This document shows positions 57,475 through 64,000 of a DNA stretch of 64,000 nucleotides, piece after piece (positions within the stretch are counted from its first letter, which is position 1; every line of letters begins with the position of its first letter). The translations under genes were made by a program, and so were the position numbers. Source of the DNA: an uncultured Oscillibacter sp. (lineage in GTDB: Bacteria > Bacillota > Clostridia > Oscillospirales > Oscillospiraceae); assembly GCA_900770295.1 (NCBI GenBank), contig CAAGJQ010000089.1, forward strand, positions 31,668-95,667, given 5' to 3'. The notes below the pieces were generated by a model that had not been told where the DNA came from, searched no databases, and was given only the letters and a program-made list of their open reading frames with translations.

Positions 57475-59100
57475 TCAGCCTCCCATTTCATCGGCTTGGG
57501 CGGGGATCAGCACCGTGTCGCCCTCCTCCAGGCCGGAAGTGATCTCGATGTACGCCTCGTCATTGAAGCCCAGGGCGACAGTGCGCTCCTCCAGCTTTGA
57601 GGGGTCCGCCACAGCGGTGCCGTCCTCCGCCATGGCGCCCTCACCGGGCACCAGGACGGTATTGCCCCGTTCCACAGCGCCCACCGGCACACACAGGACA
57701 TTCTCCGCCGTCTCGCACAGGATGGTGGCGGAGACGTTCATGCCGGGCTTTAGACCGCCGTACTCCGATACCGTGATGGTGACGGGATAGGTGGTGAAGC
57801 CGTTGGTGGTGGTGCCGTTGACGCTGACCTTCTCCACCCGGCCCGTAAAGGTCTGTCCCGGCAGAGCGGCGGCGGTGACCTCCACCGTCTGCCCCACCCG
57901 GACCTTGGCGATGTCCAGCTCGTTGACGTTCATCTTCATTTTCAGGGAGCTGAGATCGTATATCACCGCCAAAGTACCGGAACCGACGCCGTCCACCTTG
58001 TCCCCGGCCTTGAAATTCTTTTCAATGACCGTGCCGGAGATGGGAGAGGTGATCTTGTAGTCGTCCACCGCGTCCGCCGCCGTGCTGGCCGAAAGCCTGC
58101 TGCTCTCCACGGTCAGCCGGGCGTTTTCCAGCTGCTGGCGGTTGGCATCGGATTCGATGGTACAGAGGACCTCCCCTTTTTGGACCGTGCTGCCTGCCAG
58201 CTTGTCAAAGCCGGTGACGCTGCCGCTGCCGGAGGCGTATACCGTGACGGAGTCCGGCATGGTCACAGGTGCGTTTCCATAGCTGCAATAGCTGCCGATG
58301 ACGGCGGAGGCGGTATAGGCGTCGGACAGGACGCCGGGGTTGTTCACCTTCACCCGGACGCTGCTGCCCTCCATGCCGTTACTGGTGATGGAGGTGGAAT
58401 TGGAGACAGAGACGACGCTGCCCTGCACGGGGCCGTCAAAGTTCCCCACGAATACGGTGGCGCTCTGGCCTACATAGAACTGGCCGGGCTCCACATAGGG
58501 GAACAGAAAATCAATGGTCACATCCGTGCTGGCCACGATCTTTGCCAGAGCCGTGCCGGCGGTGACGCTGTCGCCGTTGTGGGCATATACCTCGTTGAGG
58601 GTCCCGGATATGGACACCATGGGCTGCAAGGCCTCCTGGGCCTGGGCATAGCTGAGTTTGGCCTGCTCCACGGAGATATTGGCCCGGCTCACAGAGCTCC
58701 GGGCATCCCCACTGTCCATGGCGTACAGCAGCGTCCCCTGGGTCACAAGGTCGCCCTCCTCAAAAGGGGCGCTTTCGATCTCACCGGAGATCAGAGTCGT
58801 AACCTGGTAGGAGTCGGCGGGTTCCAGGGTGGCAGACCCGGAGACGGACACTGTCAGATCCCGGCGGACCGCCTGGGCCGCCACATATCCGGAGGCCGCC
58901 GGCTCCGCCTTCCCGCCCAGTACGGACGCCGCCCCCCACACCAGCGCCGCCACAGCCAGCAGCACGGCCAGAATCCTCACGCCCCGGCGCTTCTTCCCGC
59001 CTTTGGAGCCAAGGGGCTTCTTCCGCTTCTTTGCAGCAAGTGCCGGTGTGTTGTCCACGGCGATCTGCTCCTCATTTTTCAAGGTCTCATCCATATCCAT
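57475..59100 (-). CDS. MacA/HlyD-type membrane fusion protein
   Basis: N-terminal TM, ITSPISG, VNELDIAKVRVGQ, LKPGMNV, EITSGLEEG. Confidence 0.88.
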   Translation of the reverse strand: MDMDETLKNEEQIAVDNTPALAAKKRKKPLGSKGGKKRRGVRILAVLLAVAALVWGAASVLGGKAEPAASGYVAAQAVRRDLTVSVSGSATLEPADSYQVTTLISGEIESAPFEEGDLVTQGTLLYAMDSGDARSSVSRANISVEQAKLSYAQAQEALQPMVSISGTLNEVYAHNGDSVTAGTALAKIVASTDVTIDFLFPYVEPGQFYVGQSATVFVGNFDGPVQGSVVSVSNSTSITSNGMEGSSVRVKVNNPGVLSDAYTASAVIGSYCSYGNAPVTMPDSVTVYASGSGSVTGFDKLAGSTVQKGEVLCTIESDANRQQLENARLTVESSRLSASTAADAVDDYKITSPISGTVIEKNFKAGDKVDGVGSGTLAVIYDLSSLKMKMNVNELDIAKVRVGQTVEVTAAALPGQTFTGRVEKVSVNGTTTNGFTTYPVTITVSEYGGLKPGMNVSATILCETAENVLCVPVGAVERGNTVLVPGEGAMAEDGTAVADPSKLEERTVALGFNDEAYIEITSGLEEGDTVLIPAQADEMGG

Positions 59101-59398
59101 GTTTCCGTCTCCTCGCTTTCATGATTTCGCCCGACAGGCTGTTCTGTTCAGGTCCCTGATCTCTATGACGAAACAGCCCCGCCGTTTTCTTCAAGCCGCT
59201 TTTGTATCATTGTACTATTGTATTGAATAATTAGTACAATAACACATATTTTCAATTTGTCAAGCGCCCGCTTAAAATTTTCTGCCCTCTTTTGAGAACA
59301 CTACGCCCTCCCCCTGCTGGAAGGTCAAGCACTTTTTAAGAAAAACAGGCAGACCAGCGGATCTCTCCGGCAGTCTGCCCGTCTCACGGAATATGTAC

Positions 59399-60079
59399 TT
59401 AGCTTCTTTCATACAGCGGCACCGTCCGCTGATAGGGCTGGGGCCGGTAGGTCACGGAGGCGATTTTCCGGCCGGAAACGCCGTATTTTGGATGGGTGCC
59501 GAACAGGTCGATGTACCGGTCCAGATCGTCCCGCTCATCTGCCATGGCCTCCAGCAGCTGAACCGTCGCCCGGGCATCGTCCACGGCCCGGTGGCTGTTC
59601 ACCGCCGTGTCCCCCAGGCCATATGCGTCGATGGCGTTGCAGAGCTTGTGGGGATAGTCCCGCCGGTCCCTGTACACCGTCAGGGCATCCAGGAACCTGG
59701 GGGCCCGCAGGACGTCCACCCGGCCGTAGGGACGCAGGAACCAGTACAGAAAATTCAGATCAAACTGGGCGTTATAGGCCACCAGCAATGGGGCTTTTGC
59801 CCCATCCAGCAGGGCGCAGAACCGGGGCACCGCCTCCGCCTGATCCACGCCCTCCGCCGCAAGCTGACGGTCGGTGATGCCCGTCAGATTCGTAATAAAA
59901 GGCGGCAGGGTCTGTCCCTCCGGCAGACGGACCAGCAAGTCCATGCTCTCCCGCTCCACGCCGTTTTCCAGACTCACAGCCCCCAGCTCGATGATGCGGT
60001 CCCGGCCGAACTCAATGCCCGTGGTCTCTGTGTCGAACACCACGACGCGGTCAAACTGTTTCCAGAGTCTCTCCATCAC
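59399..60079 (-). CDS. DEDDh 3'-5' exonuclease (DnaQ-like)
   Basis: FDTETTG, AYNAQFD, HRAVDD. Confidence 0.9.
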   Translation of the reverse strand: MMERLWKQFDRVVVFDTETTGIEFGRDRIIELGAVSLENGVERESMDLLVRLPEGQTLPPFITNLTGITDRQLAAEGVDQAEAVPRFCALLDGAKAPLLVAYNAQFDLNFLYWFLRPYGRVDVLRAPRFLDALTVYRDRRDYPHKLCNAIDAYGLGDTAVNSHRAVDDARATVQLLEAMADERDDLDRYIDLFGTHPKYGVSGRKIASVTYRPQPYQRTVPLYERS

Positions 60080-60921
60080 GGTGTTCCCTCCTCCGCCAAA
60101 TGGCTCTCGCCTGTGGCATAGTCGATGACCACGCCCGGCTGGACATTGTACACAAATACGTGAAAGCAGACGCCCTCGCCGCCGTCCTCTACGGACCAGG
60201 CCTCCATCTCCACGCCTCTGGCCACCAGCTCCAGTCCCTCAAAAATGGGGGTCACGCGGTAGAGCACGTGGTATCCCGTCTCCTCCACAAAATCCGCCAC
60301 CTGGTTTTCAAAGGGCAGCATTCCGGTCACATTCAGATAGCGGGTCCCGGTGATCAGGTTGCGCTCGTTGGCATTCTCTCCCGCCAGTTGATAGCCGATC
60401 AGGTGGCAGCGGTTGTACAGGTACTTTCCATCCACGCAGTCGTATTTCGCCATCTGCCAGCCGGAGGGCTTGACCATGCCGATGGCTCCCCGCTCCTCCG
60501 TGGGCATCAGCTCCCGGCACACATTGGCATAGGCCACGCCGCAGCGTCCCAGGAGGTCCAGGGAGCTGTATGTTTCAAACGGCGTCTGATCGGTCCGTTC
60601 CTCCTCCGTAAAATTGGGCAGGTTCCCGTTCAGCTCCACATAGGGGTCCCCGCTGTACTCCGGGAGATTTTCCAGCGTGATCTCCTCCCCGGAGCTCCGC
60701 AGGTTCTCCTGAGCTTCTTCCGGAAGCAGCCGCCGGATGGTCTCCAGAAGCCTTTCTCCAAAGGACCGGGGGATCTGCTCCTGAATATTTTCCAGGATCG
60801 TGTCCGCTGGAAGCTCCGGCAGCATCCCGTATCCGTGCAGCAGCGCGATCCCGCCGCACAGCAGCAAAACCGCCAAAAGCGGAACTGTTTTCTGCCGTTT
60901 TTTTCTCTTGTGCTTCGCCAT
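60076..60921 (-). CDS. membrane-anchored DNA/RNA non-specific endonuclease
   Basis: YNRCHLIG, NLITGTRYLN, YRVTP. Confidence 0.88.
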   Translation of the reverse strand: MAKHKRKKRQKTVPLLAVLLLCGGIALLHGYGMLPELPADTILENIQEQIPRSFGERLLETIRRLLPEEAQENLRSSGEEITLENLPEYSGDPYVELNGNLPNFTEEERTDQTPFETYSSLDLLGRCGVAYANVCRELMPTEERGAIGMVKPSGWQMAKYDCVDGKYLYNRCHLIGYQLAGENANERNLITGTRYLNVTGMLPFENQVADFVEETGYHVLYRVTPIFEGLELVARGVEMEAWSVEDGGEGVCFHVFVYNVQPGVVIDYATGESHLAEEGTP

Positions 60922-61099
60922 GGTCTGTCTCTGTCACTCGTCCTTCCCATATCTCAAAACAGATGCTTTTCCATATGCGCATTCCGCCCCGCACCTTTCA
61001 AAAGGACGTATGCCAGGGCGTAAGCCAAATATCCGGCCAGAGCTCAGGTGTCCGGATGCAAAATGACAGCCGCCGGATTTTCGGCGGCTGCTCACATCT

Positions 61100-61672
61100 T
61101 CAGAGAATTCCCAGATGCTCCAGTAAAATCTTCACGCCCAAGAGAATCAGGATCACGCCTCCGGCCAGCTCCGCCCGCTTTTTATACCGGGCGCCGAAAA
61201 AGTTGCCAACAGCCACGCCAACCAAAGACAGGAAAAACGTGGTGCAGCCGATGATGGAAATCGCCGGTACAATGGCGACCTCCAGAAACGCAAAGGTCAC
61301 GCCCACCGCAAGCGCGTCAATGCTGGTTGCCACCGCCATCAGAAACAGCTGTTTATAATCCAGCTTCGTGGTGACCGCGCAGGCTGTCTCCTCCTCTTCC
61401 GGGGACAGCGCCTCCCGCACCATATTGCCGCCGATCAGGCCCAGCAGAACAAAGGCGATCCAGTGGTCAACGCTCTGGATATATCCGGCAAACTGGGACC
61501 CCAGCAGCCAGCCGATAAACGGCATCAGCGCCTGAAAACCACCGAAAAACAGGGCGATCACAGCCGCATACTTCCAATTCAGCTTCGGCATACACAGGCC
61601 CTGGCAGATTGCCACGGCAAACGCGTCCATGGAAAGTCCCACGCCAATGAGAAACAGCTCCAGAATACTCAT
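61100..61672 (-). CDS. mntP: manganese efflux pump
   Basis: LSMDAFAV and ATSIDALAVG repeats. Confidence 0.9.
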   Translation of the reverse strand: MSILELFLIGVGLSMDAFAVAICQGLCMPKLNWKYAAVIALFFGGFQALMPFIGWLLGSQFAGYIQSVDHWIAFVLLGLIGGNMVREALSPEEEETACAVTTKLDYKQLFLMAVATSIDALAVGVTFAFLEVAIVPAISIIGCTTFFLSLVGVAVGNFFGARYKKRAELAGGVILILLGVKILLEHLGIL

Positions 61673-61691
61673 GGTCCCACTCCTACTGTCT

Positions 61692-62372
61692 TTACAGAAT
61701 CACCGGCACCGGTCTGCGGATCGACAGGCTGTCCGGCGTGACCGCGCAGTCAAAGGCCCGGACGTTCACCCCCTGGGCCGCAGCTTTCCGCAGCGCCTCG
61801 CCAAAGGCCGGGTGCGTCTCATCATTGGGAGAAACACGGTCAATATTTTCCATTTGTATCACAAAAAACAGTGTCGCGTCAAGTCCGCTCTGCACCGCCC
61901 GCTGCAATTCCAGAATATGCTTCACGCCCCGTTCCGTAGGCGCGTCCGGAAAACGGGCGGCCCCGTTCTCCTCCAATGTGACGCCCTTCACCTCCACCAG
62001 GTGAGGACCGCAGGGCGTTTCCAGGCAAAAGTCCAGGCGGGAATCTCCATAGACATACTCGCCCCGGACCGCCGTGACGTCCGGCGCAAAGCCGCCTGCC
62101 GCCGCCCATTCGGCAAAGACTTGATTGGGGGCCTGCGCATCCATGTTGATCAGGCGGTCCCCCTTCTCCACGGCAATGAGGTCATATGCCGTCTTTCTGG
62201 CCGGATTCTTACCCCGTTCCAGATAAACCGTGGCGCCGGGGATCAGAAGCTCCCTGCACCGTCCCGTGTTTTTGACATGGACCGTCTGGATGCCGTCCGC
62301 TGTCTCCACATGGGCAATAAACCGATTGGGCCGGTCCAAAAAACGTCCTGAAATCACCGATTGATACCGCAT
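61692..62372 (-). CDS. sfsA: sugar fermentation stimulation protein / nuclease
   Basis: RPNRF, HVKNTGR, SRLDF, EVKGVTL, FPDAPTERG. Confidence 0.93.
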   Translation of the reverse strand: MRYQSVISGRFLDRPNRFIAHVETADGIQTVHVKNTGRCRELLIPGATVYLERGKNPARKTAYDLIAVEKGDRLINMDAQAPNQVFAEWAAAGGFAPDVTAVRGEYVYGDSRLDFCLETPCGPHLVEVKGVTLEENGAARFPDAPTERGVKHILELQRAVQSGLDATLFFVIQMENIDRVSPNDETHPAFGEALRKAAAQGVNVRAFDCAVTPDSLSIRRPVPVIL

Positions 62373-62581
62373 AGCCGTGCCCGCCCCCTTCAGACAGTCA
62401 TTTTTGCTTCTTGTAGTATAACATATTTCATTTTGTGAATCGGCCCAATATAATCGTTTTCCATTTTTCTTTTTCCGTTATTTTCTACAAAAACCGACGC
62501 ATTAAATCTGAACAACATCCGATTGTTTTTCATCTTTGAACTTGTTACAATGTATACAATTATCATTTTGGGAGGGAACCT

Positions 62582-62848
62582 ATGGACTATTCCATCATAT
62601 TTGTCTGTCTGATGGGCATGGGCACCGTGTTTTTCGGGTTGGTCTGCCTGATTGTCCTGACGACACTTCTGGGGCGCATCTGCGGCCGCAGCCAACAGGA
62701 GGCTCCGGCAGTTTGTCCGGCAGCTCCCGCGCCTGCGTCCCCGGAGCCCAATCAGCAGGAGCTGATCGCCGCGGTCTCCGCCGCAATTGCGGAGGAACTG
62801 GGTACCGATATCACCGGCATCCGCATTTTGTCCCTGAAAAAACTATAA
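62582..62848 (+). CDS. Na+-decarboxylase gamma/delta subunit (OadG family)
   Basis: GMGTVF..L TM segment, ELIAAVSAAIA. Confidence 0.82.
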   Translation: MDYSIIFVCLMGMGTVFFGLVCLIVLTTLLGRICGRSQQEAPAVCPAAPAPASPEPNQQELIAAVSAAIAEELGTDITGIRILSLKKL

Positions 62849-62881
62849 GCCGTAAGGAACCGAAAGAAGGAGAGAAACACC

Positions 62882-63241
62882 ATGAAAAAATACAGAGTGA
62901 CCGTCAACGGCACCGCCTATGAAATCGAACTGGAAGAACTGACCGGTGCCGCCCCTGCCGCGCCGGCCCCTGCCGCAGCTGCCCCCGCTGCTCCGGCCCC
63001 CGCTCCGGCTGCGGCCGCTCCCGCCGGCGGTGAGCAGGTGACCTCCCCCATGCCCGGCACCATTCTGTCCGTCAATGTGGCCGCCGGAGACGCTGTCAAG
63101 CGTGGCCAGGTTCTGATGATCCTGGAGGCCATGAAGATGGAAAACGAGATCATGTGCCCCTGCGACGGCAAAGTGGCCTCTGTCAATACCTCCAAGGGCG
63201 CTTCTGTGGAGTCCGGTACGCTGCTGTGCGTCATCCAGTGA
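62882..63241 (+). CDS. biotin carboxyl carrier protein
   Basis: A/P linker, SPMPG, EAMKM. Confidence 0.93.
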   Translation: MKKYRVTVNGTAYEIELEELTGAAPAAPAPAAAAPAAPAPAPAAAAPAGGEQVTSPMPGTILSVNVAAGDAVKRGQVLMILEAMKMENEIMCPCDGKVASVNTSKGASVESGTLLCVIQ

Positions 63242-63259
63242 CAGACTGGAGGACCAAGT

Positions 63260-64000
63260 ATGGAAGCTATCCTGAATTTTATCAATGACACCGGCTTCGT
63301 TCTGTTTTTTCAGGACGGTGGGTGGAAGAATCTGGTGATGCTCTGCATCGCCTGTTTCCTGCTGTATCTGGGCATCGGCAAAAAATTTGAGCCCCTGCTG
63401 ATGTGCACCATCGCCTTCGGCATGCTGATGACCAACCTGCCCGGCGCAGGGATGTTCCACGAGATCCTCTTCGCCGGAGGACATATCCACTGGGACCTGA
63501 TCGGAGGGTCCCCCATCACTGCGGAATTTTTGAGTGAGATGCAGGAGCTGGGCGTATCTCAAAATGTTCTGGCGCCATATGTGGAGCAGCTGATGACCGC
63601 GGCGCAGGCCGCCTTCTCTCCGGAAGTCGTGGAAAATGCGATGGCGGAGATTGCCGCCTCTGCCAACGGTGCGCTGAGCACCTTTGAAGTCCAGCTGGAG
63701 GCGCTGGTCCAGGCGGAGCAGGCTGCCGCCTATTATGGCATCGAAATGGCCGGCGCCACCGTCAGTACCGGCCTCATCGACATTCTGTACCTGGGCGTGA
63801 AGCTGGGTATCTATCCCTGTCTGATCTTCATGGGCGTGGGCGCCATGACCGACTTCGGCCCCCTGATCGCCAACCCCAAGAGCCTGCTGCTGGGCGCTGC
63901 CGCCCAGGTGGGCATCTTCCTGACCTACGCCGGCTGCCGCCTCATGGGCTTCACCGGCGCGGAGGCCGGTTCCATCGGCATCATCGGCGGCGCCGACGGC
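63260..64000 (+). CDS. Na+-translocating decarboxylase beta subunit (5' part; runs off the window)
   Basis: FEPLL..IAFG..NLP, IFMGVGAMTDFGPLIANPK, GIIGGADG; GGAGG RBS. Confidence 0.9.
   Translation, partial: MEAILNFINDTGFVLFFQDGGWKNLVMLCIACFLLYLGIGKKFEPLLMCTIAFGMLMTNLPGAGMFHEILFAGGHIHWDLIGGSPITAEFLSEMQELGVSQNVLAPYVEQLMTAAQAAFSPEVVENAMAEIAASANGALSTFEVQLEALVQAEQAAAYYGIEMAGATVSTGLIDILYLGVKLGIYPCLIFMGVGAMTDFGPLIANPKSLLLGAAAQVGIFLTYAGCRLMGFTGAEAGSIGIIGGADG

Noticed and set aside
61673..61691. yybP-ykoY manganese riboswitch upstream of mntP
   Set aside because: Only 19 nt separate sfsA and mntP; no motif.
62941..63030. Short GCC/CCG tandem-like repeats
   Set aside because: Ordinary Ala/Pro linker of the biotin carrier protein.

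Overview
A GC-rich Firmicutes chromosomal window. The gene set and SLH/sporulation-type genes suggest Clostridia, probably Oscillospiraceae (inference). It is mostly housekeeping and transport genes: smc-ftsY-rph-rdgB-yhbY-nadD/yqeK-LCP-rsfS, DUF3343-yedE-yedF, proBA/proC, niaR, a 5'-nucleotidase with SLH domains, hydA, a Fur plus QueD-like islet, a GT4-CsaB fusion, a BusR-Opu osmolyte ABC, two ECF sigma/anti-sigma pairs, a lysine-riboswitch amino-acid ABC, gdhA, a MacAB-like ABC, mntP, sfsA and Na+-decarboxylase subunits. I found no transposase, integrase, CRISPR array, tRNA or rRNA. The most unusual signal is non-coding. Two conserved genes, yhbY and smc, share the same architecture at their 3' ends: an in-frame 75-77 bp direct duplication of the gene end, a 13-15 bp perfect inverted copy of the sequence spanning the duplication junction placed at the first stop codon, and a 120-135 bp hairpin-rich spacer. 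The smc spacer has a covarying structural homologue at 41.3 kb, nested inside another palindromic repeat. Several regulator sites are also readable: NiaR, Fur-like, BusR-like, PadR, ECF promoters and an ANTAR-like attenuator.
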